Below, piece by piece: positions 40,411-53,807 of a stretch of DNA of 64,000 nucleotides (positions are counted from its first letter, which is position 1; every line of letters begins with the position of its first letter). The DNA is from Camelus dromedarius (lineage: Eukaryota), in the NCBI RefSeq assembly GCF_036321535.1, contig NC_087463.1, positions 13,764,001 through 13,828,000 of the forward strand, in the 5' to 3' direction. The notes beneath the pieces were generated by a model. It made no database searches. It saw nothing but the letters and a program-made list of their open reading frames with translations, and was not told the origin of the DNA. The translations under genes were made by a program, and so were the position numbers.

Positions 40411-41849
40411 CTAGGAACTTATTAAAGGTGGGTCACCGACCTAGATGGTGGCTGCTTCTATATGGACCTGTTTATATTCTTTCAGGATCAACTCTCTCGA
40501 TCTTCACAGTTGATGTTCCCAGTAAGCATGCAGTGTTGTTCCCACAGACATTTGACAAGGTCAAGATCCTGTCTATTTGGGAAACAGTGGCCTGCTTTAA
40601 GTAATGACTGACGATATAAAACGTTCTTCTTATCTGACCATTACCAAGCCTTACCACCATTCTCATCCACACATTTTTATTGTCTTTGCTACATAACAAA
40701 CATGATTCACCATATACCCACTTCTATAGGGACAGTTCTTGTACAAATGCAAACACCAGTAGTGCTTGCCAAATATTATTCAAAATTAGTGTATGAAGTC
40801 TTAGCAATTTACTTGGTTCTGTTATCTTTTTCCTTTTCATTTATTTTCTATCCCTCCTAGTTTTCTGCAGTTTTTTGCAGTTACTGCATGCAATATGCAT
40901 TGGAGTCATTTTTTAAAACTTACTTATCCAATAAAATGTGATAGAGAATATGAACTAATGCATATTTGTCTACTGACACAACATACAAATAGCAACACAT
41001 ATAAAGCAAGTATACCCCAAAACATTTATTCTGATTTTTTTTAAATTGATGGTTTTGTCTTGTTACTAAAGTAACCAGAGAGAATCAGGAGGTGATAGTT
41101 CAGTCCAGTCTTTTGTTACTAGCAGAAGGGGTTGGTAGCAAGTATTTTCTTTGTACATTTGACCTTTTGCCTGCAGGATTTAATTCAGTGGAGATTTGAT
41201 TTTGTTTCAGTTTCACAATATGTGGCATTGCATCATCTAGTTTTCTATATCATCTACATTTTTGTTTTTCTTTCTATTACAAAAAATATTATATGATAGG
41301 GCAGGCAAAGACACAAAGATGAAATGGCTAATTAGAAAATGGTACTTTTCTAAAATTTTGGTAAAACTAAGTAAAATCAAAGTTTCTTTTTTCCCTGTGG
41401 ATGATTCACTCTGAAATTTTGAAGGAAGATGTTGTTAGAGTGGACTTATGGCTCTCTTTTCTACTTTCCTCCCCTCCTGCACACCTAGGCTATTTTCACT
41501 GGTTTCTCTGTCTTCTATTTCTACCTTCTCCTCCATCCTGTACTCTCCTGGCAAATTAATCATAGCAAATAAAGCAACAGTGACCACACTTGGTTCATGC
41601 CACTGTCTTAATGAAAAAAAAAATGCAAGTAATTTTAGTTCATCTAGCCTTTAAGACAAGGCCCTCCATAGTGGGGCACACTCCTTCCTTTGTCTAACCC
41701 CTGCTGCTCTTTTGCACCGAACAGCTGCTCTGTATGGAGAATAACTCTTGTCAAGAATAATTGGGTCACTGCCTGCCACTTATGGTCTTTTGTATCACTT
41801 ATATTGTTGCTCATGGTTTTCATTCATTTGGAACATTATTTCTTTCTAT

Positions 41850-42760
41850 TTGTTTATTTGTTTAAACAGTATATTATCTTTTAAGGAGATTTGAATATAA
41901 AAACAAAATTTTACGTATTTCCCATGTAGTTACCGTTTCTCTTGCTCTCATTGCTTTATGTAGATCCGTATTTCCATCTGGAATAATTTTCCTTTTGCCT
42001 AATATTTAATATTTCTTATAGTGCAGACATTTTTCCCTGGATATAGAATTCTAGGGTGACAGATTTTTGTTTTTTGTTTTTTTGTTTTTCCTTTCAATAC
42101 CCCACTGTCTTCTTGCCTGCGTTATTTCCAGTGAGAAATCTGCTGTCACGCTTATCTTGGTTCCTTTACATATGTTGTGTCTATTTTTTTTTTTTTCCTT
42201 TTTATTATTGGAGCAATTTGGTTATAGTTTTCTTCATATTTCTTGTGTTTAGGGTTTGTTGTACTTCTTGGATCTGTGGGCATACAGTTTTTCACAAATT
42301 TAGAAACTCTTGGCCATTGTTAATGTAATCTGTTTTTAATCCTCCCTCCTCTTTCCTCTCTTTGGAGACTCCAGTCAGATGTCTATTAGGCTACTTGAAA
42401 TTGCCCCCAGCTCATAGTTTGTCATTTCATTTTTAAAATTATTTTTTCTGTGTTTCATGTTATAGTTTCTATTCTGTGTTGTTAAGTTTACTGAGCTTTC
42501 CTTCTACAGTGTCTAGTATGCTATTGTTTCCATTGAGTGTGTTTTTCATCTTAGACATTGTAGTTCTCATCTCTAAAAGTTTGATTTTGGTCTTTTGATA
42601 TCTTCCACGTCTCACTTTTCAAACTTTTTTAACAGCTAGAGGACAGTTATAACAACTTTTAATGCCTTTGTCTGCCATTAAAAAAAAAATCTGTTTCAGT
42701 GGTTTTTATTGGTTTGCCTTTTACCCCTCATTATAGATTATATTTTCCTGCTTTTTTTCC
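41850..42760 (-). mobile_element. Old L1M 5'/ORF1-region remnant
   Basis: ctggatatagaattctagggtgacag, agtgagaaatctgctgtc and gtttgttgtacttcttggatctgtgg motifs. Confidence 0.65.
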
Positions 42761-42769
42761 AAAATAGCC

Positions 42770-44750
42770 TAAAGGTGGTTCTAGGGTAGAAGCAGGGAGA
42801 TTAGCTTGTATGCTATTGCCTCTAGGCAATAAAGGATGGTGGATTATTGGACTAGAGTGGTAGCAGTGGAGCTGATAAGAAGTGGTTAAAGTTGGTATAT
42901 TTTGAAGGTAGAGTCAATAGGATTTGCTGATCCTTGAATGAGGGGCATTAGGGAATGAAATGTGCCAAAGATGACTCCAAGATTTTGGTCATGAGAAATT
43001 TGAAAGATGCAATTCCTTTTGAGATATTGAGAAAACAATGGGAATGGGAAGAGTAGATTTCTGGAAGATTAAGGATTCAATTTTTTATACGTTAAGTGAG
43101 TTAAATATTAGATATCCAAGTAGAGATGTTGATTTGTAAATTGTACAGTTGACTCTTGAGCAAAGGTTTGAACTGCATGGGTATTTTTTCAATAGTAAAT
43201 ACCACAGTACTACATGATCTGCAGTTGGTTGACTCTACAAGTATCAACTATGGATATGAAGGGTCAATTATATAGTTAAATGTGGATTTTCAACTGCATG
43301 GAGGAGTGGTACCCCTAATCCTTGTGTTATTCAAGTGTCAACTGTATATATGAGTCTGCAGTTCAAGGGAGGGAAGTCAGAGTGGGTGATGCAAATTTGG
43401 GAATTCTTGGCATATAGAAGACATGTAAATTTGCGCCCCTGGATGTATCACCAAGGGGGTGCAGGTAGATAATGGCTAGGGGTGCTCCAGGGTTTAGATG
43501 TATTTCTGTGATGTAGAGAAACCAGCGGAGGAGTCTAAAATGGACCTGCCAAGAAAAAGAAGAAAATAAAGTCGTTGTAGTTGTAGTTGCCTGGAAGCCA
43601 AGTGAAAAAAAAAACAATGTGTTTCAAGGAGTAGAGAGGACGATTAAGTGCTGTAAATGATGGTAAAATGAAGAGCGAGAGCTGCCTATTAGATTTAGCA
43701 ACATGGAAAGTAGGTCTGTGCGTGCCTGGGGTGATATCTGATTTGAGTTAAGTTCAAAGGATGATGGGAGGAGAAAAATTTGGGGGAAAAATAGACAGCT
43801 CTTTACAGGATGATTATGGAAAATGGGATACCAGCTAGAGAGAGAGACCGTGTTTTAACTTTTTTTACACAGGTGAAGTAATTGCATGTTTATAAGCTGA
43901 TGGGAACGATCATACACTGATGGGAATGATCTGGTAGAAGGGGAAAATTGATGCAGAGGAAGGGGAGAACTGCTGAAATGGTGTCCTTGGGCAGACAAGC
44001 CACAAGTATGTTAGGTACGAGCCGGGATAGTTCATTCATAATTGTAATCATAGGGAGCAGTGTGAATGGAGACATGGCAGTGGGAGCTTGTGGAGCTTCT
44101 TTTCTAATTGCTTCTTCCTAAAGGAAACAGGAAACAGAACTTTTCACCCAGACGAGGGCAGGAAATGGCATGTTGGGATTGGAGGGGAAAGGAAGTGTAG
44201 ACTAATTAACTAGGAGAGTAGGAAAATGAAAGGTCTGTGGGAATGTGGTCACCACTAAGGGCCCACTGAGATCAGTGGCCAAGAATTTCAAGTGGATCTT
44301 TTAGTACGTTCGTCATTCATGTCCATCTTCATTATAAGGTGCAGAGTAGGTGGAGAGTTGGATTCAGCCACTGTTGGAGTTTGCTTAACTAGTATGAGGA
44401 AGTGACATGGGGACAAAGCTGTGGTTATGAGCTTGGATGATGGAATTTTAGTTCAGTGAGGAGGGATGCAAGGACATAGGAAAGTGAGAGATGGGGCCAG
44501 GATGATCATTTAATGGATTATTAGAGGCAATGTTGAATAAGGAATTATTGGAGTCAGAAGGGTTGAAGTGCAGAATGGGGGCTGCTGCCAGATGTGGAGT
44601 GTTTGAAATTGGGATCTGTGTTGGGATTTTGGTTATCGGTAGTCAGAGGATTAAAATACGACCGTTGACTCTGGTTGAATGAAGGACAGAATTCATTGGA
44701 ATAGAGGAGCCCAAAGAACAAGGAGGTCAGGATATGTGGAAGAATCATGT
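42770..44750 (-). mobile_element. L2 body interrupted by a Tigger1 MITE
   Basis: ggattattggactagagtggtagcagtggagctgataagaagtgg...gatgactccaagattttgg...tatgagtctgcagttcaaggg; L2 continues on both sides of the MITE. Confidence 0.75.
43146..43344 (+). mobile_element. Tigger1-derived MITE, inverted relative to 29146-29364
   Basis: ta|cagttgactcttgagca...ttcaagtgtcaactg|ta; aligns with the reverse complement of the 29146 copy. Confidence 0.85.
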
Positions 44751-45940
44751 GTGCTGAGGATTTTCAAGAGTCTTTGAATTTTTACGTCACATTAGAGTAT
44801 ATACACTCTCCTTTTCATACACACATGAAAAATGTTTCAAGTAACAATTCCTTCTTCTTTTGCTTTGCCTTCCAAAATATATGTGACTCAATGAATTGGT
44901 TAGTAAAACACTGATGTATGTTAATACTAAAACCACCTGAATTATTCCAAGAGCACTGTTGGAAAGAGGACAGTGAGTCAGCAGCTAAACTCTTTAAGGA
45001 ATGAGAGACAAACTTGAATGGCATGTGTAAAAACCATTGGGAAGAAAATACTGTGTTTGGATGTTTGGGCACTAGCTCAAAAATACAGTAAACATTTTGT
45101 GTTTTGTTGACATTAAGTTTCTGGTGTTCTCTATGGTTATTTTTCAAAATTGGGCTTGCCTGCTTTTAGAATGACTCTGGGAGAACGCCCAGTGAATCCA
45201 AATAAACTTTATCATCATTTCATTGTCACTATTATAATCTTCAAGAAATAATATACAATTCCTCACAATGAGATCCTTCTCTGCCTAACGTGATGCTGGG
45301 TACTGTGTAAAACAAAGTACACAGAAAGGTTCTCTGCTTTACAGGAAGGGGTCTGCACCCTCATTTAGACAAGAAATGTGTGGAGATGGAGAGAAGTGGA
45401 AAGAATGGCCAAATGAAGCAGCTTTGAAATCATCACAAGTTGTAGTAATTTTCACAAACATACAAGGAAACATTGATTGGATATTAAGAATAAGAATCAA
45501 GACTTTTGCAGGCAGAATGAGAAGTTATAATTTTTTTCCTATTTTGTGTAGGTTTCCTAGAGAAAGAGAAGCTTCAGGAATTACTCAAGTAGAAAAATTT
45601 AGAAAAGTAGCAAAACCTAGGTTTTTGTTTTTGTTTTTGAAGATTAGAGTAAGGTGACATCATAGAAATTGATGTTTGTAATAGACTAATGGTGTGGAGC
45701 AATCGAGGAGATCATCTTGGAAGAAGAAAGAAAGTAGAAAAGCCAGGAAGATGTCATTGAAATCTTGACTCTGAACTTGAGTTTACTGGGAAGTTGTGGT
45801 AGGTGCTGTAAGGGAGAGGAAATGATTAAGGTTCATGGAAGATCATTAGAGGAAGGAAGTACAAGAAAGTGTTTCTCGGAGGCACTGATGAAACGTATTC
45901 CCACATAAAAAAAAAAGCCCATGTATTTTTCCTTTCTTAA

Positions 45941-46261
<321 letters not shown>

Positions 46262-48736
46262 TAATAACATCGCTTTGTCATGTCTCAGGGAATAATTTTT
46301 GGAAGGTGACACTGGTGAGAAATAAGCTTCTGATTTTTGCTTAGGTTTATTCCAACACAGTTTTGGAGTATTTCAAGTATTTGGCATTTGGAAAAAGTAA
46401 TTTGTTCTCACCAGGCAAAATATTTTTAAATGATTCCTGCGGAATTAAGTGACTTCAGTTTTTGAAGTTAGAGCAAACATTTTGTATATAATCTATCTTT
46501 TTGACTTTCTGACAGTCCTCCTGTTGAAAGATTGAGCACCAGCTAATACTGTCAGGAGAAAAAAGTAAAATTAGGATATTTCTAATTGTGACTTATCATT
46601 TGTTTTAAAAGTAGGTTCTGATTTTATTAAGGTTAGGCCATTGTAAGGATTTAAGAAAATATTTGAGAATAGGTATGGTGAAGTTGTACACGTGTTGGCA
46701 TTTTTCTACAAGACCCAAGCTCCATCACACTTTCCTTACCAACCCATCAAGAATCCCAGTTCATTGATTGCCTACTTGTCTTTAGTTCTGCAGACACGAG
46801 CCACTATTTGGTTTGTGGGGTTTGTGTTCTGTAGTATTATTAGAACTGGTTTATCTCTGGGAATGGATAAATGGAACCTGGACACAATTCCAGTATTTTA
46901 TTTGAATCATGTCTTAAAATTCCTAGTTCCATCTAAGTATTCCTTAGAATTATGAATGGCTAACCAAATAGTTCTATTTTCATTCTCTTATCCCTAATTA
47001 CTAAGTTTTAAATGATTAGACATGTGAGTAAAAATGAAGAGGTTGAAAGGCTCATCTACAAACTTGAAAATTTGCCCGTGAGTTAATGAGTGCTAATGAC
47101 ACATGAAATACTGTGGGCAGTTCCATTACCCGTATCCTCCAGTAACTGGCAGTAATATTTGATCATTCTGTCTTTCCCCAAGATATTAATGTTTTATTGG
47201 CATTGTTATATTGATCTTTCATAGGTTAGAATTATGAAATCTTTCTGTGATTTTTTTTCATGCTTTCTGTCCCATGTGCTAAAGTTTGAACAGAAATTAG
47301 GCATAAGTGCATTTGTCATGCCTATAATTTCTTTCAAGGGATTATGTAGATGCCCCTGGGAATTCAGTGTTCATAGCACATTGTCTGATGTTCTATATAA
47401 TTTTAATTTTGAGCAATTTTATAAAACAATCTATTCAAAGGCAAGCATGTATGTTTTGTAATTCCCAAATATAATCTTTTGCTTGTTGGTATCCCCTAGA
47501 AGTAAAAATTTGGAAAAATAATTAACTGGAAAAATTAAAGAAAGGAAAGTGGTACAGTAACATTTATGAATGGCTTTTGGAAGTGGTCATGGTCCATTAT
47601 GTGATTTTTACAATCCTGTTTGTCCCTGTTTTAATGGTGCATTTTATAGTGCAATTAGTGATAAAAGCCCAGATATCAGAGACGCTACACTTACGTATTG
47701 TAAAATATATTGCTTGTGAACCTCCTGCGTCTTGTAGCAGTGGTAATTGTTGCTTGGCCTACAAGGAAAACAATTATAGAAGGGGGAAAAGGCTTAGGAA
47801 GCCGAGGCTGCAGGAGGATAATCACTTTATGAAAAATGTATGCTGGCTGGACCATTAGGGATTTCTCTATTTTCTCATGTTGAATTTGAGGCTTCTTCGG
47901 TGGGGGGATATTTAAAGAGCTGTCCTCTGGACGGCCTTCTAACCTCAGGAGAAATAATACCCACCCAAAGTGAAAAAAAAACAAAAAACAAAAAAAAACC
48001 CTAAACATACCTAAGAGCCTCTCAGTGTTGCAGAACTTACTCGAGGTTATTGGATCTGATTTTTCTCACGGGTCTCTCAATGGAAAGTGAAATCTCTATG
48101 GGAATACTCTGTAGAAAGTATCGCATTTTTTCCTTACTAGTGTTAGCAACTGGGCTATTTGGAAGTAATATGTTTTGTATTGCAAATTATGTTAATTTTG
48201 CCAGATATATACAACTTTGCAAGCAAAAGATGGAGTTTATTGTCCTATGATTTTTTATTTCTTTTACTGAAAGACCAAGAGGATATTAAATAGAATTAGC
48301 CTTTATTACTGCATTGAATCTTTGGAGAGTGTGTGTGTTCGAAATCCTGTGTATTCCTTCTATGGCATGTATCGTATATTTCCCCTTGTATTGTAACAGA
48401 AATAAACAGCTCATGGAATAGGCTTTGAGGGTGACTATAATAGGAGACATTTGTCTCTTCTGTGTAGTGTGGGGAGGTGTGGGGTGTGCAAGGGGAGCAA
48501 AAAACCTCCAAGAAGGTAGCGACGTGGTGGTGAGATAGAGTAGGGATGGCATTTTATTTCCTAAATGAATGTTGGGGTTCAGAGTCTGAATTAGACCACA
48601 CTTGACATTTTAGGGTGCCTGCTCTCATTAGATTATTCCAGATATGCCACCTTCCTTAATTCTCCCTGAAAATAGGTGAGTTAGTTATTATCCTCAAATT
48701 TGCCAATGATGAACCTGAAAGACATTTGCTTAGAAT

Positions 48737-48930
48737 AGGGATTGGCACATTTTTTGTGTGTGTAAAGGGTTAGATAGTAAAACAAAATTAGGCTTTGGGA
48801 CCTCGCCTCTGTCACAGTGATGCACTGCACCATTAGAGTGGCATTAAAGCAGCCATAGACAATGTGTAAATGGATGTGTGGCTGGCTCCCAGCAAAACTT
48901 TATTTACGAAAATAGGCAGTGAGCTGGGAT
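48737..48930 (+). mobile_element. MER58A (hAT-Charlie), 3' truncated
   Basis: taggattggcac...gtaaagggttagatagtaaa...aaagcagccatagacaat...aaaactttatttacgaaaataggc. Confidence 0.8.
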
Positions 48931-49129
48931 GTAGTGGTATTTGAGGAGTGCATAAATGAATATGTCAGGAAGCATGTCTGGGTATATTAGGTGATCTTTT
49001 TGACAAGTTTTCCCATAAAGCATCTGCCAGACCCTAGTTTTTGGTGAGGAAATCTTGGGCGATGCCTTGGGCGAATGGGATTTTATTAGTGAAGCTAGAC
49101 AGCCCTTGTGGCCATGAAATTAATTTCTT

Positions 49130-49263
49130 TTTTTTTAAAATAAGACTTTATTTATTTATTTTTTTAACACAGGCACTGGGAATCGAACTCAGGACTTTGT
49201 GCATGCTAAGCATGCACTCTACCACTGAGCTATACCCACTGCACACACCCTCCCTGCCCCTGA
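49130..49263 (-). mobile_element. tRNA-derived SINE (vic-1-like) with 16-bp TSD and extended 5' end
   Basis: TSD atgaaattaatttctt (49114-49129) / atgaaattcatttctt (49264-49279), one mismatch; A and B boxes present. Confidence 0.88.
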
Positions 49264-50834
49264 ATGAAATTCATTTCTTAGTGTACGTAATTTTTTAATT
49301 GGGCATCGTTACATCTTGGGTATTGTATCAGTCAGAATCACTCTATTTATATTGAAACATGATGAGGTTGAAGGAATTGAAAAATTGACCGGTATGATTT
49401 ACCTTTTACCTTCCATTTCTCTCTCTGTTGTCTAATTAGTCAAAACCCTGAAAAAAATGAATGGGCTATATTTGCAAAGGTCAGTAGCTTTGTATTCTGT
49501 GTAACTAGGTAAGAGAATGGAATTTAGAAGTCAGATATAACCTACTGAGAACATACTTTGTTTTTTGCTTGCAGAATTCACTCTGTAAAAAAAAAATGTC
49601 ATACTGATTGAATTGACTTTGTGATTCATTGTGAAAAGGGCACTGTAAGGTACAGACAGGGACAATCCAAATGACGCTAGTGCAGGGTACCAGGTCTTGT
49701 CCGGTGAACTGTTTCTTCAGCCTCAGAAAAAGTCTCATGATATGTATGACCTTCGAAGAATCAATTAAATTTGCCTAATATTCCACCTCAAAACTTTCAT
49801 GAATATTTTAATAGAAAACATGAATATGTTAATTGTATATTATATACTTATAAGTATATATAAATTCAGTTTTGGGTTCTTCTAAGTAGTTATTAAGACA
49901 AAAATGTTATATTACTCTAATTGTTGTCTAGTCTTAATAAATAGAGTTAAGGAGATTTTGAAATGAATGTTTAATATGAATCTTTCTTAAAAACTAGGAA
50001 GCTAAGATTGAAGGTTTTAAAATGAATGTTTAAAATCTTGACCTAGATGAAGCACATTAATGAATACGTGTATTTTTTTCTGGGTCACACTGGTAAGATA
50101 CTTAGTGTGGCTTTGAATTTACAGGAAGCATACTTTATATTCTGTGAGAAGATCCTTCACCTCGTGGCACGTGACAGGTTGCCCATCAGTCCGGACTGAA
50201 CTTCCCCTCCTGTGTTGCCCCACCTGCTGTCCATCCACAGCCTGATAACATGGTGGTTACCGAGTCTGACTTTTTAACTCTGCACTGAACAACTGGGGGC
50301 TTTGGCTCTTTCTCCCTCCATCACTTCCCTCTCTATTGTTTGTCATTTGGTACTTAAAAACCTCCAGAATGAAAATTTTAGAATTTAACAAGACTTTGGT
50401 AAAGAGATTTCTTAAGGAATGAGCTTAAAAATTTTTCTTTTGGAACCACAAATGTAAAATTAAAAGATTTAAAGTAATTAATGAGGCACAGGAACATAGG
50501 TCAGATAATGGGACCATTTTCTGGACATACGTTAGTGCGTTAGTTGCTGCCGTCACAAACACAAGGCAGCCCGTGGAGTCCAGGCGGCCTGCCTCCCTCC
50601 TCCATCACTCTTTTCCTCTTTTTCTCCATTTTTTCCTCCCTCCCACATCTGTCCGTCATATTAAATTAATCATTTCTTCCTCATCTCTGTAAAAATGATC
50701 CATATTCCTTTAATGCATTTATGTCCTAATTCCGTTACTCTCTCTTACTTTTTCTCCACATTTGCCTCACTTTCATAGAACCCTCACACACAGTAAAGTA
50801 CAGCGTACGTAGGTTGTAAGTGCATGTGCTCCTT

Positions 50835-50857
50835 TGTGTGTGTGTGTGTGTGTGTGT
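50835..50857. repeat. (TG)n microsatellite; other TG tracts at about 2317-2335, 8265-8290, 56146-56179 and 57070-57085
   Basis: Read directly from the sequence. Confidence 0.9.
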
Positions 50858-51769
50858 TTAGAGTTTGGGATGACTGCTTTGAACATTTCCAACTTGGGTT
50901 GACTTTCCACCAACTTTTTCTCCGGTTTGAGGGAAATGAGTTTTAGGCTACTATGAATATAATATAAATTATTCCATTAAGGAATAAAACTAAATTCTCA
51001 AAACTAGTTACATGTTTAATTCATATTTACTAACGTTTTGGTGATTTTAAGGTCTTTATTTAGTTCTCTTAATTTTAAGGATCCTTAAATAAGACATGAC
51101 TGGGTTTATGGTGATGATTGGGTTAACACCATCACATAATGACTTGTACAAGGGAACGCTCCCTCTTGGAACTGAGCAAGACCCATGGCTCCAGTGCCTT
51201 TCTGGCCCTATGTCTTGCCCTTACCAGGTGCTCAGGGGATTTATGAATGGATTTCATAGTTCATATTTGATGTAATTCATCATATTATTCTGAGCCAAGA
51301 AAAAGCCATCTTGTTCTGTGTTGGTTTTAAATTCAGAACCGTTTTGTTTTTCCTTAGAAATACATTAACAAACCGCACTGTACCTGAGATGAAATTTAGA
51401 CTGCTGTGCAATGTCTGTGAGATACAGCAAAGGAGAAGTTTGTTTCACCACCTCACATAATAAATCAAATGGTAAACTGCTGAGAGAGTAGGGGCACTGG
51501 ATAGACTGAGCCCTGTGACCTCAGCAGCCAGGCCTGGCTTAGCTCTTGTGTATCAGACTTTAACTCTTACTTGGAAACTTAAAGGTGTTGTGAAGTAACT
51601 TGGTGGAAGTGTAAAGATTCGTGGCTAAATTCTAGTATGTTAGTACTTTGGGTGAGAAATCATTTGTTCTAATATGCTTGAAAAACTGCTCTCTATTAGA
51701 CCATGTAGAAGATTTCCAAACTTCTTGACTTTTATAGCCTCTGTTAGACACATAATTGAATCAGTCTAG

Positions 51770-53460
51770 TTCAGTAACCATTTATTGACTATTAGGTACT
51801 GTGTTAGGCCCTCGGGAGCCAAAATGAATAAGACACAATAGATGCCCTCAGGAAACATAAACAGATAAATACCATGCAGTGCAGCGAGCGAGATGGCGGA
51901 GGAAACGCAGAAAGTATTGCAGAAACCTGGCCTAGCTTGAGGTGATCAGGACTGGCTTCTTGGAGGAGGGGCCGTGAAAGAAAGAGTAGAGTGTAGTCCT
52001 GGCTGGTGGAGGTGGGCTGCAGTGTGCTCTGGGAACAGTGGCTGGCAGATGCGAAGAGGGGAGTGGGGACCCCACGTGTGTTCAGTGTTGCTGGAGGATC
52101 ACCTGGGGAGGGACGGGAGTGGTGGGAAGTGAGGCTAGTCCCTGGGTACCACGTGAAGACACTAAAGCGTTATCTTTTACCTCAGTCGCTTTCAAACTTA
52201 AAAAAAAAAAAAAACTAGAATTCTTCCTTCAAAAAGAATTTTATATGAAAGCCAGTGTGTACAACAGATGCGAGGAAATGTGGACGAGAGTTTAAATTCA
52301 AGAATTGCTGGTAAGTGCTATTTGGCAGGACCTAGTGATTAGGCAGAGATGGGAAGGGAGGTTGATGCACAGGTTTTCTGCTTGGATGACTGAGTGGAAA
52401 GTGGCTCTGTCCAGGGTGATGGCGAATGCAGGAACAGGTTTTGTGGGGGATGGTGATGAGTGGCTTTGTATAGGATTGGTGGTGGGGGGGGTTGGGGGAG
52501 GGGTGTGGGGGATGGTGATGAGTGGCTTTGTATAGGATTGGGGGGGTTGGGGGAGGGGTGCGGGGATGGAGATACAGATTGAGGACTCTCCCACATATCC
52601 CTCACCTGGTATTTAAACCCGTGGAAGTGGATGAGGTCATTCAGAGATAGCAAATGGGCTGGGGTACACTCTCGGGGTACAGACCGGAAGGGGAGGGAGA
52701 GGAAACCATTCGGAGAGGAAGTGCTGTGAGGAGCTGCGGAGAGGCAGGAGTACCTGCTCACCTGCAGAGAATCAGGTTTCAGGAAGGGTGGCGCCCTCAC
52801 TGTGTCAAATGCGGTAGGTGCTGAGTCTGAGGAGTGAAATGTGTCTGTCAGCGAGGTCGTTAGCATCCTCTTCCAGCACTGTCTCCCCAGGATGCTGGGG
52901 GCAGAAGCTGGATTGTGGTGGGTTTAGGAGTGAGTGGGAAGTGTGGAAATGGAAATAACAAGTGTGGAACAATCTGGAAAGCTTGTATGAGAAAGAGTAT
53001 AGCGAGAGGGAAGTGCAGCTTTGAAGACAGGTTGGAGCGTTTGTGGATTGAGGATAAAGAGCCGATGGAGAGAGGCAGGTTCCCGGTCAGAATGGTGGGG
53101 AGACAACTGATGAAGCTAGTTTCCCCAGGGGAGGAGAGGATGGTGGGTTTCAAGGTAGAGGGAAGGCAGCTGGCTTTGACCTGGAGGAGGAAACTTAATT
53201 TTCTGAAAGTGGTTTGAGGAAAGAAGGTTTGAGGAAAGAAGCCGTCTCCGTAACGTGAAAGTGTAGGTTCTGATGGAGAAGTCGCAGCGAGTTACCCAGA
53301 AGATCCAGCTGAGATGATTAATGAAGGTGGCTACACGAAACAACAGGTTTTCAGCAGAGACAGAACAACCTTCTTTTGGAAGAAGATACCAGTTAGGACT
53401 TTCATAGGTAGAACTTAGTGCCTGACTTCACAGTGTCAAGGTGATGCTGCCAAGGCTAGC
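51770..53460 (-). mobile_element. L2 body (antisense)
   Basis: ttcagtaaccatttattgactattaggtactgtgttaggcc tail, then ggcttcttggaggagg and other L2 motifs. Confidence 0.7.
52443..52570. repeat. G-rich tandem duplication (units of 62 and 55 bp plus a partial third) inside L2
   Basis: gtgggggatggtgatgagtggctttgtataggattgg...gggggttgggggaggggt starts at 52443 and again at 52505. Confidence 0.93.
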
Positions 53461-53589
53461 GGTGGAGTCAGTTGGATCTTCTCCGATCCTCCCGCGCTTC
53501 ATGTATGTTTCTATCCTGGTCATTATTACCTTGCACTGCTCTATATGGAGGTAAGGAGAGAGATCTGTTTACACATCCTGTTCCTCTAT

Positions 53590-53807
53590 CAGAGTTTCTT
53601 AACTGGAGCATCATTGACATTTTGGGCTGGATGATCCTTTGTTCTGGGGGCTGTCCGTGCATTATAACGGTTTCTCGGCATCCCTGGTCTCTACTTACCA
53701 CATGCCATTAGCACCCGCTCCTAATTGTGACTAACAGAGATGTCTGCAGACATTGCCAGATGTCCTCAGGGGCTGGGGGAAAAACCACCCCTGGCTGAGA
53801 GCCACTG
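53590..53807 (-). mobile_element. MER20 (hAT-Charlie), near full length
   Basis: cagagtttcttaac...attgacattttgggctggatgatcctttg...gacattgccagatgtcc...gctgagagccactg. Confidence 0.88.

Noticed and set aside
47690-48000. A-rich tail (gaaaaaaaaacaaaaaacaaaaaaaa) suggesting a processed pseudogene
   Set aside because: No canonical AATAAA, no TSD found and no recognisable coding sequence upstream.
52298-52866. Pro-rich 98-aa and 175-aa minus-strand ORFs
   Set aside because: Produced by the G-rich tandem duplication inside L2.
53211-53241. 15-bp tandem duplication (also a 10-bp duplication near 33955)
   Set aside because: Ordinary slippage duplications with no sign of function.
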